From: a virus
Length of the DNA: 64,000 nt
Reading direction: 5' to 3' (one strand)
Virus record (IMG/VR): IMGVR_UViG_3300042301_002266
Coordinates: 21,826 to 85,825 of that record
Shown: in pieces, positions 38,372-48,195 of the stretch
How the letters are laid out: the number at the start of each line of letters is the position of its first letter
How positions within the stretch are numbered: the first letter of the stretch is position 1
The notes under the pieces: model-generated
Database searches by the model: none
What the model was told of the DNA's origin: nothing
The model's input: only the letters and a program-made list of their open reading frames with translations
Translations under genes and position numbers: made by a program

Positions 38372-38875
38372 ATGCGATTCAAAACCTTGGTTTTGATTCC
38401 CGTTATTGCGGTTCTTGCAACATTTGTTGTATCCCTACCAGTAACCCAGAATCAAACCAGTGCTAATGAGGCACCGCAAAAAATAAAGTTAGTTGTAAGA
38501 ACAACTGACACAGATAGAACAAGGCAAGTTGCAGCATCAAGATCTGCACAAAGATTTGCCTTCGGAACCCCAGCATATAATAAACAGTTCGCTGCTTTTT
38601 ATATGAAAGATAAATATAAGTGGGGTAACAAAGAACATTCCTGTTTAGTAAAGCTCTGGAACCGTGAAAGCGGTTGGCGACAAAACGCACATAATAAGAG
38701 CTCTGGAGCACATGGAATACCTCAGTCCCTGCCAGGTAAGAAGATGGCATCAATGGGTTCTGATTGGAAAACAAATCCTGAAACACAAATAAAATGGGGT
38801 TTGAAATATATAAAGGGGAGATATAAAACACCATGTAATGCTTTAGGGCATTCTAATAAACACAACTGGTACTAA
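38372..38875 (+). CDS. secreted or membrane-anchored lytic transglycosylase (SLT-like)
   Basis: N-terminal hydrophobic segment; CL..LW.RESGW...A.N.SSGA.GIPQ...NP.TQI.WGL.YI..RY. Confidence 0.88.
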   Translation: MRFKTLVLIPVIAVLATFVVSLPVTQNQTSANEAPQKIKLVVRTTDTDRTRQVAASRSAQRFAFGTPAYNKQFAAFYMKDKYKWGNKEHSCLVKLWNRESGWRQNAHNKSSGAHGIPQSLPGKKMASMGSDWKTNPETQIKWGLKYIKGRYKTPCNALGHSNKHNWY

Positions 38876-38879
38876 CCAG

Positions 38880-38909
38880 ATGTCCTGAGCAAAGACATTA
38901 AACTGCTCA
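38880..38909 (+). ncRNA. candidate compact H-type pseudoknot
   Basis: P1 ATGTC/GACAT, P2 TGAGCA/TGCTCA, linker TAAAC. Confidence 0.5.
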
Positions 38910-38916
38910 CCATCTA

Positions 38917-38990
38917 GGGGTGTTAGCTTAGTTGGTTAAAGCCCTGAACTCATAATTCAGTAATCGTTGGTTCAAGTCCAACACACCCTA
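38917..38990 (+). tRNA. tRNA with CAU anticodon (Ile2 or elongator Met)
   Basis: GGGGTGT/ACACCCT, CTGAA-CTCATAA-TTCAG, TTCAAGT. Lacks the initiator GGG/CCC anticodon stem. Confidence 0.88.
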
Positions 38991-39016
38991 CGTTAATGTA
39001 GTATAATTTAATACAC

Positions 39017-39088
39017 GCCTCTTTAGCTCAGTGGTAGAGCAACGCTCTTGTAAAGCGTAGGTCTTCAGTTCAAGTCTGAAAAGGGGCT
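39017..39088 (+). tRNA. tRNA-Thr(UGU)
   Basis: GCCTCTT/AAGGGGC, ACGCT-CTTGTAA-AGCGT, TTCAAGT. Confidence 0.9.
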
Positions 39089-39091
39089 CTA

Positions 39092-39189
39092 GGTGGCAGG
39101 AAGTCGTCCTTAGTGATGGTTGATAGTTACAGTTACGAGTCCAGAGAGACACGTTTGCCAGTGTAGGTAAATAAGGTCTTCCTGTCACC
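39092..39189 (+). ncRNA. candidate structured RNA of about 98 nt, family unknown
   Basis: 12-bp closing stem GGTGGCAGGAAG/CTTCCTGTCACC enclosing further helices. Confidence 0.55.
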
Positions 39190-39210
39190 GTTTATTTAAA
39201 AGGAGAAAGT

Positions 39211-39504
39211 ATGAATATCGAAGAGTTTAATGAATTAGTTAAAGAAGGAACTACAATTGTAGATTTCTGGGCAGAGTGGTGTGGTCCATGTAAAATGGTT
39301 TCACCAGTACTAGATGAAATTGCACAAGAAACTGGATCAAAGCTAATTAAGATTGATGTAGACAATGAGCCAGAGTTAGCAAAAGAGTTTGGAATTTCTG
39401 GAATTCCAGCAATTATGATATATAATGATGGAGTAAGAACAAAATCAATTGTTGGTGCAAAACCAAAACCAGCTTTAAAGAAAGTACTATTTGACAATGT
39501 TTAA
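39211..39504 (+). CDS. trxA: thioredoxin
   Basis: DFWAEWCGPCK, GIP; AAGGAG RBS. Confidence 0.95.
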   Translation: MNIEEFNELVKEGTTIVDFWAEWCGPCKMVSPVLDEIAQETGSKLIKIDVDNEPELAKEFGISGIPAIMIYNDGVRTKSIVGAKPKPALKKVLFDNV

Positions 39505-39769
39505 GAAAAAAAAGCAAGATATCATGTTGGTAGAAGAGTATCAGTATCGTGCAGTAATTACTTACATGGCACAGAAGCAAGTGTATAGAGCATCCGTACA
39601 ACGTAGAATTGGTATTAATGAATGGGTAAAAGTACAATGCGGTCTTAAAGGTGTTAACTTTGCATCTAAAGAACAAGCAGAAGGTGCTGCAAAACATAAA
39701 ATTAGAGTACAAAAAAGTCTTGATGATCAAGTTAAGAGTCCTATTTCTTATATCATCTATGACGATTAA
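39497..39769 (+). CDS. hypothetical protein
   Basis: Coupled to the thioredoxin gene. Confidence 0.6.
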   Translation: MFKKKKQDIMLVEEYQYRAVITYMAQKQVYRASVQRRIGINEWVKVQCGLKGVNFASKEQAEGAAKHKIRVQKSLDDQVKSPISYIIYDD

Positions 39770-39786
39770 ATGGTAAAATAGGTATT

Positions 39787-42700
39787 ATGGCTTCTAAGCA
39801 ATTTAAGGTACCAATTAATTTAGTTAATTTAACTTCTGATCCCTCAGGAGCAATAGAGGGTGACATTTACTGGAACTCTGCAGACAATAAACTTAGAATA
39901 TATTATGATTCAGCATGGAATGACGTATCCTCTGGTGGGGGTGGTGAAGGTGTAGCATCTGATAGCTTTAAAACTATATCAGTAACTGGTCAATCTAATG
40001 TTGTAGCAGACTCATCTACAGATACTTTAAGCCTTGTAGCAGGTACAAACGTATCTATTACAACAGATGCTATCAATGACTCCATAACCATTAACTCTAC
40101 TGCAGCACTTACATCTGTTGATTCTATTACATATCCAGATTATATTACATTTGATACCACCCCAGAAACCGTTCCAACTGCAACAGGCTCTATTTTTTGG
40201 GACGATGGAGACGGTCTTTTAGCAACAGTTTTAAATGCAAATGTAACTATTGGATTAGGACAAGAACAGGTAGCCTTAGTTAAAAATGCTACAGGTGCAT
40301 CTATTGCTAAGGGTAAAGTTGTATACATAAATGGTGCTGCTGGTCAAAGACCAACGATTGCACTATCTGATGCTGATACAGAAGCAACATCTTCTAAAAC
40401 ATTTGGCTTAACAGCAGAAGCGATTGCAGACGGTGCAGAAGGATTTGTAGCAACCTTTGGGGTTTTGCGTGGAGTTAATACTCTTGGATTAACTGCAGGT
40501 GCTGCTTTGTGGCTATCTTCAACCGCAGGTTCATATACAACAACGGTACCAGCAGAGCCAGCACACTCTGTATTTCTTGGATATGTAGTTAAGGCTCATC
40601 AAACAGCAGGTGAAATTTTTGTAAACATTCAAAATGGCTATGAGCTAACAGAACTTCATGGTGTAGTAATTGAAGCAGATGAAAGTTTAACAGACAATGA
40701 GGTTCTTGCTTATGATACAACATCAGGACTATGGAAAAATCAAACAGCAGTAGAAGCAGGACTTTTAGATACTTCTGCAACAGAACAAACAAAGGCTGGT
40801 AATTTAATCCTTAGTGGAGACCTTACCGTAGCAACTGACATTTTTTCAACAGGATTAAATCTTGTTATATCAAATGATGAAGTTGTTTCATTTAGTACAT
40901 TAAATAATAATGCAGGTATTTCAGAAGATACTGGATTTACTATTACAACAAATGGAATTGCAACTTCAAAAGTCTGGATATTTGACAATAGCGGAAATCT
41001 TACATTTCCAGATGCTTCAAATCAGACCACCGCATTCCTGGGAATGTCTGCTTATAGCACAACAAACCTATCTGAAGGAACCAATCTTTATTACACGGAC
41101 GAAAGAGCACAAGATGCAGTTGGAAATAATCTTGGAACTGGATTGTCCTACAACGACAGCACAGGAGCAATATCCAATTCTGGAGTCCTTGACCTAACTG
41201 GCACAGCAAATGAAATTGTTGTAAGTGCTTCAACTGGTAGTATTACAATTGGAATCCCAGACTCCCCAATTTTTGTTACCCCAACCATTGGTGTTGCAAC
41301 AGCAACATCTATAAATGGAACAACCATTCCATCCTCAAAAACTTTAGTTGTAACAACTGATATTGGTTCATCTGTTCAAGCATATAGTGCTGTTCTAGCA
41401 GGAATAAATACTCTTGGAGCAGGAACTGGTTTCTTAAAAAATACTGGAGGTACATGGTCATATGATAATTCAACATACGCACCTCTGGCTTCCCCAACAT
41501 TCACTGGTACAGTAACAATTCCTGCAGGTGCAGATATTTCTGGGTACCTAACAACATCTTCTGCTGCCTCTACATATGCAACAACAGCATCTCTGTCTAA
41601 CTACCAAACATTAGATGGAGATCTTAGTGCGATTGGAGCGATATCAAGTGGGGTAGGTTTATTAAAAAGAGTTGCTCAAGACACATGGACTATTGATACA
41701 AACACATATATAACAGCAAGCTCTCCAACCATAAATACGTCAATAATTTCAGGAACATCTACCTTTAACTTAATAAACACAACTGCAACTACAGTAAACT
41801 TTGCAGGTGCTGCAACAGCACTAACCATTGGATCAAATGATGCTGCAGCAATATTAACATTAAAGGCTCCAACAATTGTAGGAACAGCAACATCTCAGGA
41901 TATATTTAATACTGTTGCAACTACCGTTAATATTGCAGGTGCCACAACTACCCTTGTGATCGGTGGCACTCCAACAGGGGCTGTTTCAGCAACTTTATTT
42001 GGTAACACAACATCAAGTGGAAATACTAAAACTATAAACATAGGAACTGGCGGTGCATCAGGATCTGTTACTAACATAAACATTGGATCTTCAACATCAG
42101 GTGCAACTGGAACAGTAAGCGTTTATCCAACAACAACATTTAGTGGAGTTGTAAATGTGCCTTACCCAACAAGTGCTAACCATGCAACAACAAAATCTTA
42201 TGTTGATACTGTTGCTGCAGGAATTAACATAAAAACTCAAGTTGTTTATGTATCACAATCAAATGTAGCAGGTACATATACTGCAGGAACATCTGACTCC
42301 TCAGGAGGAACTGGAGTAGGTGCATATATTACATCTAATATAAGCGGAGCTTTAATTCTAGATGGTCCAGAAGTAGAAATAAATCAAAGAGTTCTTCTAA
42401 AAAATCAGACAGAAGAAAGACACAATGGTATATATATTGTAACTGATCCTGGAGATGGAGATAGTCCATACATTCTTACAAGAGCAGCAGATTTTAATGG
42501 TGAAACAACAACCAATGGTTTAATTAAACCAGGAGACTATATCTTTGTAACTTCTGGAACTATATCTGCTAATGATTCTTATGTAGTCTCACAAGTAGGA
42601 ACTTCAACTAGCCCAAATGGGGCAATAAAAATTGGAACAGATGATATTTTACTTGCACAGTACTCTGGTGTACCGTCAAATATCAGCACACTTGGATATG

Positions 42701-43218
42701 TAACAACTGGTACATGGGCTGCTTCTCCAATTGATAAAGACTTTATTGATGTTGAAATTGCTAGAACAGATGACCCAGTATTTACTGGTCATGTTACAGT
42801 TCCATCACCTACAGACGATACGGATGCAGCAAATAAAGAATATGTAGATGATTTAATATTTGCAAGTCTTCCATTCCTACCAGACATTATTCCACTAGAT
42901 GATATGAGATATGAATTTGATGGAATAAAGAGCAGATTTATGCCAAAGTTTGAGGGGCAAATGGTAAATATTTACAATCCCCTTAAACTATTGCTAACAA
43001 TTAATGGTATAATACAAACAGTGGACTTTCCAGAATATGTCTGGCAATCTATGCTACCAAGAGAAGGTTTCATGGTAGATTCAGATGGATACATTGCATA
43101 TTCAGAAGTTCCACCACCAGGATCTACATTTGATGCTAGAGTAATGTTAGGTCCAAACGTCAATACAAAAAAGAAAGGATATCCATTCAAAGCGGTGGAT
43201 ATATTATTAGGAGCATAA
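39787..43218 (+). CDS. long fibre-like virion structural protein
   Basis: 1143 aa, Thr/Gly/Ser-rich. GDIYWNS, TTNLSEGTNLYYTDERA, APLASPTFTG, ATTKSYVD and RVLLKNQT...NGIY modules typical of phage fibres. Confidence 0.8.
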   Translation: MASKQFKVPINLVNLTSDPSGAIEGDIYWNSADNKLRIYYDSAWNDVSSGGGGEGVASDSFKTISVTGQSNVVADSSTDTLSLVAGTNVSITTDAINDSITINSTAALTSVDSITYPDYITFDTTPETVPTATGSIFWDDGDGLLATVLNANVTIGLGQEQVALVKNATGASIAKGKVVYINGAAGQRPTIALSDADTEATSSKTFGLTAEAIADGAEGFVATFGVLRGVNTLGLTAGAALWLSSTAGSYTTTVPAEPAHSVFLGYVVKAHQTAGEIFVNIQNGYELTELHGVVIEADESLTDNEVLAYDTTSGLWKNQTAVEAGLLDTSATEQTKAGNLILSGDLTVATDIFSTGLNLVISNDEVVSFSTLNNNAGISEDTGFTITTNGIATSKVWIFDNSGNLTFPDASNQTTAFLGMSAYSTTNLSEGTNLYYTDERAQDAVGNNLGTGLSYNDSTGAISNSGVLDLTGTANEIVVSASTGSITIGIPDSPIFVTPTIGVATATSINGTTIPSSKTLVVTTDIGSSVQAYSAVLAGINTLGAGTGFLKNTGGTWSYDNSTYAPLASPTFTGTVTIPAGADISGYLTTSSAASTYATTASLSNYQTLDGDLSAIGAISSGVGLLKRVAQDTWTIDTNTYITASSPTINTSIISGTSTFNLINTTATTVNFAGAATALTIGSNDAAAILTLKAPTIVGTATSQDIFNTVATTVNIAGATTTLVIGGTPTGAVSATLFGNTTSSGNTKTINIGTGGASGSVTNINIGSSTSGATGTVSVYPTTTFSGVVNVPYPTSANHATTKSYVDTVAAGINIKTQVVYVSQSNVAGTYTAGTSDSSGGTGVGAYITSNISGALILDGPEVEINQRVLLKNQTEERHNGIYIVTDPGDGDSPYILTRAADFNGETTTNGLIKPGDYIFVTSGTISANDSYVVSQVGTSTSPNGAIKIGTDDILLAQYSGVPSNISTLGYVTTGTWAASPIDKDFIDVEIARTDDPVFTGHVTVPSPTDDTDAANKEYVDDLIFASLPFLPDIIPLDDMRYEFDGIKSRFMPKFEGQMVNIYNPLKLLLTINGIIQTVDFPEYVWQSMLPREGFMVDSDGYIAYSEVPPPGSTFDARVMLGPNVNTKKKGYPFKAVDILLGA

Positions 43219-43222
43219 AAAT

Positions 43223-46162
43223 ATGGCTAGAAAAATTTTATTTGAGACAGGTTATACATTTGACCCATCTACACGAACAGTAGTAATTCCAGATCACATT
43301 CCAAGAGAGCGTTTGCTTCTTATTACAAATGTAACAGATAACCAGGTTATCTATAACTTCTCTGACCCTAGCCTAAAGGCAACATCCTATATAGCACAAA
43401 TTGATTCTGACAACGTAGCTACTACTACTGTTGTTCTTAACTACAATACTTCTGCAATGGATTCCACAGACAAGCTTCAAATTACTGTAGACGAATACGC
43501 AGAAAGTTTCCAACCAGATGAGTCCTTTATGGATCCTGTTGGAAAAATGCGTGTATCCCTACCACAATCTCTTATTGACACAGACTTTGAATATGGAACT
43601 CAGCCTACAAAATGGGAAGTTCTTTCATTAACAAATAATAAGCCAAGTTGCTACTATGATGTTCAGACACCAGTTGCACAACCATCTGGTGGAGCTAGAA
43701 ACTTTGTATCTATTGCAGGAACAGGATCAACAAGAGTTGTAACAGTTGTTACAAGTATTGCACACGGACTCTCAGCTGGAAGTAGATTCTTTATTCAGGA
43801 TACTTTAGATGTAAATGCTGATGGATGGTATTTAGTAGCATCTGTATCAACAACAACTGTTCCTAACGATACATTTACTTACATTGCAAGAGCAAATGTT
43901 ACAAATGGATCGGTTCTTGACACTACAAAAACTTTTGCTTATAGGGCATTTAATTATTCAGGATCTACTATTCCTGTATCTGTTTCTTCAGGTGCAGCAT
44001 TCACCAACTCTGGAACTACAGTAACTTGTACAACAACAAATGCACACGGACTAGGTTGTGGAGACTTAATCTATGTAACTGGAACTACTGCAGCAACTTC
44101 TAATCCACCAAATGGTGCGTGGGAAGTTAAGACAACTCCAACTACAAATACATTTACTTTTGACGTAGTAACTGCCCCAGTAGGTGCGATCACTGCAGCA
44201 GCTACCTCTCTTACGGGAAGACCAGGAAGTCTTTCCATCCACCGCCCATTCGATGGCGGAGTCAGGTTCACTACTGGATCTTCAGCCCCTGGTACAAAAA
44301 TTGTTCGTCAAACTCGTAGATACTTCCGTTACCAATCAGGTAAAGGCATCCAGTTCTCAACTGGATCAATGCTAAAGCCTGTAATGGCAGTTGATTTAGT
44401 ATCATCCTCATCAACTACTGTAACAGTTAAAACAAGATACGAGCACTTCCTTGGAGTTGGAGCACAGGTAAAAGTTTCTGGTGCTGATCAAACAGCATAC
44501 AATGGAACATTTACTGTAACTGGAATTACAAGTGCTAAAGAGTTTACATATACTGCAAATGAAGTTCCTTCTGCAACACCTGCAACAGGATTTCCTATTG
44601 AAGTTGCCCCAACCTCATGGTTTGGTGGTCAAACAAGACTTGGTATGTTCGATGAGCAAAATGGTTTCTTCTTTGAATTTGACGGTCAAGATTTGTGGGC
44701 TGTAAGACGATCAAGTACAGATCAAATTTCAGGAATTATTGCTGCAACAAATGGATCTCCAACTATTACTGGAACAGATACAAGGTTTGCAGAACAACTT
44801 GATCCAGGTGATAAGATTGCTATTCGTGGAGCAACATATGTTGTTCAGTCAATTACAAGTAATACTCAAATGTTTGTTTTCCCAGAATATCGTGGACAAA
44901 GTATCACCTCTGGTGGTATTGTAAGCAAGGTTGTAGACTTTAAGGTAAATCAAGAAGACTGGAACATTGACACAATGGATGGAAATGGTCCGTCAGGAGT
45001 AAACTTAGACCTTGCCAAAATGCAGATGTTCTATATTGACTACGCCTGGTATGGTGCAGGAGCAATTAGATTTGGATTTAAGGATGAGCGTGGAGAAGTA
45101 ATTTACTGTCATAGAATGACACATGCAAATGTTAAAACTGAAGCATATATGAGAACTGGAAACTTACCTGCACGTTATGAAGCATCTTCAGATCCTGCAA
45201 TCACAAAGCTTTCGGCTACTCTTTCTAATGTTGCAACTTCAATGAGTGTTAGCTCAACTGTAGGATTCCCAACCACTGGAACACTTGTTGTTACCAAGTC
45301 TGGAAATACATCACAGGAAATTGAGTATATAACATATACAGGAAAGACTGCAACATCATTTACGGGTCTTACAAGAGCTATCACAAATACAATAGTTAAT
45401 CCAGTTTCAGGTGCAACTGGTGGTGGAAATGGAACAGCTCAATCGTTTACATATTCTGCTACAGCACCAGTAAAGGTTGAACTATATACAAGACAGTATG
45501 CAACAGGAACCAGTCACTGGGGATCATCGGTAATTATGGATGGTAGATATGATGATGATAAATCATTTATTTTCCAAGGTGGTATGTTAACTACAATTGC
45601 CATTCCTAGAAGCTCTTCAACAAGATATGCTTTGCTAAGTCTAAGACTTGCACCATCTGTAGATAATGGAGTCGTTGGAATTTTTGGAGAAAGAGAACTA
45701 ATTAACAGAATGCAGTTAACTCTAAGACAAATGGATATCCTTGCTCAGTCAACAGCGTCTTCATCAAATAACCCTGGAGTATTCCTTGTTGAGCTAATTC
45801 TTAATGGTAGAGTAAATACTACTGATGGAAATAACTGGACAAATGTTGGTGGATCTAGTTTATCCCAAATTGCATACCATGCATCAGAGACAACATTTAC
45901 AGGTGGAGAGCCAATCTTCTCATTCTTTGTAAGTACAGTAACTAATGAAGCATCTGTTATTCAACAAGACCTAAACCTTGTTAGAGATCTTGGAAATAGC
46001 ATTATGGGTGGTGGATTAGTTAATACTTCACCAACTACAGAAGCAAATGTTTATCCAGATGGACCAGATGTTGTTACCGTTGTTGTTAGAAATCTTAGCA
46101 GTGCAAGCGTAACCTCTGGAAGAATAAATGCTAGAATGTCATGGACGGAAGCACAAGCTTAA
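43223..46162 (+). CDS. virion structural protein with repeated beta modules
   Basis: YTFDP.T..V N-terminus, three T...HGL/HFL..G modules, RQTRRYFRYQSGKG, WYGAG.IRFG. Confidence 0.75.
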   Translation: MARKILFETGYTFDPSTRTVVIPDHIPRERLLLITNVTDNQVIYNFSDPSLKATSYIAQIDSDNVATTTVVLNYNTSAMDSTDKLQITVDEYAESFQPDESFMDPVGKMRVSLPQSLIDTDFEYGTQPTKWEVLSLTNNKPSCYYDVQTPVAQPSGGARNFVSIAGTGSTRVVTVVTSIAHGLSAGSRFFIQDTLDVNADGWYLVASVSTTTVPNDTFTYIARANVTNGSVLDTTKTFAYRAFNYSGSTIPVSVSSGAAFTNSGTTVTCTTTNAHGLGCGDLIYVTGTTAATSNPPNGAWEVKTTPTTNTFTFDVVTAPVGAITAAATSLTGRPGSLSIHRPFDGGVRFTTGSSAPGTKIVRQTRRYFRYQSGKGIQFSTGSMLKPVMAVDLVSSSSTTVTVKTRYEHFLGVGAQVKVSGADQTAYNGTFTVTGITSAKEFTYTANEVPSATPATGFPIEVAPTSWFGGQTRLGMFDEQNGFFFEFDGQDLWAVRRSSTDQISGIIAATNGSPTITGTDTRFAEQLDPGDKIAIRGATYVVQSITSNTQMFVFPEYRGQSITSGGIVSKVVDFKVNQEDWNIDTMDGNGPSGVNLDLAKMQMFYIDYAWYGAGAIRFGFKDERGEVIYCHRMTHANVKTEAYMRTGNLPARYEASSDPAITKLSATLSNVATSMSVSSTVGFPTTGTLVVTKSGNTSQEIEYITYTGKTATSFTGLTRAITNTIVNPVSGATGGGNGTAQSFTYSATAPVKVELYTRQYATGTSHWGSSVIMDGRYDDDKSFIFQGGMLTTIAIPRSSSTRYALLSLRLAPSVDNGVVGIFGERELINRMQLTLRQMDILAQSTASSSNNPGVFLVELILNGRVNTTDGNNWTNVGGSSLSQIAYHASETTFTGGEPIFSFFVSTVTNEASVIQQDLNLVRDLGNSIMGGGLVNTSPTTEANVYPDGPDVVTVVVRNLSSASVTSGRINARMSWTEAQA

Positions 46163-46175
46163 GGAGGCGTAATAA

Positions 46176-46742
46176 ATGGGGTTAAATAAACTAAACCACA
46201 TCTATACTACTGAACCTTTAACAGTAGAGTCTTTACTGGCTACTAATGATATAGGAATTTTAGACAACATCTTATTAGATGGTCAACTTGGTGATGCAAA
46301 TCAAGTAATTGCTATAAATTCTCAAGGAAATGGAATTGAATGGGCAACATTAGATGCTTTGCCTTCCCAGTCAGGAAACTCTGGAAAGTATCTTACTACT
46401 AATGGAACAGTAGCATCCTGGTCAGATCTTCCAACCGAAGTATTTAATGCAATTGGTACTGGCTCTGCACAAAATATTGATACCGCTATTGATGAAACCC
46501 TTAATGTAGGAGCAGAATATGCAGTTGCAGTTAAAACTGCAACGGGAAGATATGTCTCAAAAGTATTATTAATTTGTGATGGAACAAATGCTGTAAAAAT
46601 TACAGAGTATGGAATTTTAACAATTGGAACTGCCCCATCTGTTACAGTGGCAGCAGGAGGTAGTGCGTCAGCACCCAGATTATCTGTAAATGCTCCATTA
46701 AATGCAACAATAACATTAGTTAGAACATTGTTGGAGATCTAA
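46176..46742 (+). CDS. putative fibre adaptor / structural protein
   Basis: AGGAGG RBS; LPSQSGNSGKYLTTNGT fibre repeat; TEYG module. Confidence 0.65.
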   Translation: MGLNKLNHIYTTEPLTVESLLATNDIGILDNILLDGQLGDANQVIAINSQGNGIEWATLDALPSQSGNSGKYLTTNGTVASWSDLPTEVFNAIGTGSAQNIDTAIDETLNVGAEYAVAVKTATGRYVSKVLLICDGTNAVKITEYGILTIGTAPSVTVAAGGSASAPRLSVNAPLNATITLVRTLLEI

Positions 46743-47470
46743 TGGCTAATTTAACAATCAAAGAGGGTGTAACACTTTCTGGAATTGATTCACAAACCAG
46801 AGAGGTATTAAATTCATTTGCTCAAATAGGAATGGTATTACCATTTTTAGGTCCAGTTACTCAAACCTCATCATCAGGTGTGATAACAACAACAGCACCA
46901 CCTGGATGGCTACTATGCAATGGCAATGCTTTTTTAAATACAGTTTATCCTAGACTTGCAGCAGTTCTACAAACAACATTTTTACCAGACTTAAGATCAA
47001 AATACATTATTGGTACAACCAACAATACCTTTATTGGTGGTCCACTTGGAAACAATACACATACTCACACTTCTTCATATGGAACATCTACAGTAAGCAG
47101 TGTTGCAATTTCTTCACATGAATCAGCAGCTGGGACAGTATCATCTGGTGCTTCTGCAACAAATCATGCTCACGCAAATAATGTTGGGGCTAATATTGAT
47201 TATTTATCAGGACAAACATTTGTTAATTATGTGGCTGGAAATCAGGCTAATATTCATTTAAGAACACATCAGCATAACCTTAACGTAGCAACCAACTCTG
47301 GAGCAACAAATGATAATCATGCACATACAATTACCAGAGCAGCCTCTGGTATTACACAAGGAGCTGCTTCTACTCATACACATGCTCCAAGCTATTCAAG
47401 TACTATAAGTAGTCCATCAAGTGCAATACCTACAGTATATGTTAATTATATAATTAAGGCAGATAAATAA
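46742..47470 (+). CDS. tail-collar domain protein 1 with His-x-His repeats
   Basis: IGMVLPF...PPGWLLCNG...YPRL...LPDLR; about 5 HxH motifs; ends VNYIIKA. Confidence 0.85.
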   Translation: MANLTIKEGVTLSGIDSQTREVLNSFAQIGMVLPFLGPVTQTSSSGVITTTAPPGWLLCNGNAFLNTVYPRLAAVLQTTFLPDLRSKYIIGTTNNTFIGGPLGNNTHTHTSSYGTSTVSSVAISSHESAAGTVSSGASATNHAHANNVGANIDYLSGQTFVNYVAGNQANIHLRTHQHNLNVATNSGATNDNHAHTITRAASGITQGAASTHTHAPSYSSTISSPSSAIPTVYVNYIIKADK

Positions 47471-48189
47471 TGGCTAACTTTAAGCTATCTGCGGATAACA
47501 TTCTTGATAAAAACGGTAAAATACAAAATTTTCCTATAGGCTCAATAGTACCATTCTTTGGAACAACAGTTCCAGACGGGTGGCTTTTATGTAATGGTCA
47601 ATCCCTATCAACTACTGGAGATTATAAAGACTTATATGATGTAATTGGAACTACATACGGATCTGGATCGGGTACATTTTTAGTACCAAATATAAATCTT
47701 AGTTACCCAGCATCAAGCAATATTGACAATGCAACTAACTATCCAACAACTCATTCACATAGTGGAAACATGTCTCACGTTGCTACTTCTACTTCACATT
47801 CCATAACTCATAATCATACAGGAGGAACTGTTGGAATAGATGCAGCATCAGCAAGCCATAATCATGATGCTAATGCTAACAGTGTTAATGGTGGAGTAAC
47901 TCCAGCAGCAAATACAAATTCTGTTGCAAATAGAGCAATTAATCCAGGTCCAGCAAATAACTCACCACAGGCTGCCTGGGTAAGTCATACACACAACGCA
48001 GGAACTGGAACAACAAATGTTGGAAATAGTCCGTATAATCATAATCATAATGTTATGAACATAGCAGCTTCTTTTGATACTACTGCATCAGCAGCTGCCC
48101 ACGTTGTTGGTAGCAATACATTTACTCTTTCAACAGAATCACTATTTCGCCCTGAGGGGGTGATGGCGTACTTTATTATAAAGTATTAA
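47470..48189 (+). CDS. tail-collar domain protein 2 with His-x-His repeats
   Basis: PIGSIVPF...PDGWLLCNGQ...Y.DLY.VIGTTYG...F.VP; about 5 HxH motifs; ends FIIKY. Confidence 0.88.
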   Translation: MANFKLSADNILDKNGKIQNFPIGSIVPFFGTTVPDGWLLCNGQSLSTTGDYKDLYDVIGTTYGSGSGTFLVPNINLSYPASSNIDNATNYPTTHSHSGNMSHVATSTSHSITHNHTGGTVGIDAASASHNHDANANSVNGGVTPAANTNSVANRAINPGPANNSPQAAWVSHTHNAGTGTTNVGNSPYNHNHNVMNIAASFDTTASAAAHVVGSNTFTLSTESLFRPEGVMAYFIIKY

Positions 48190-48195
48190 ATAAAA

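Noticed and set aside
39092-39189. HDV-like/theta ribozyme at the tRNA 3' end
   Set aside because: GGTGGCA could partly pair with TGCCAGT, but I could not build P3/L3/P1.1 or the catalytic J4/2. The 12-bp terminal stem fits better.
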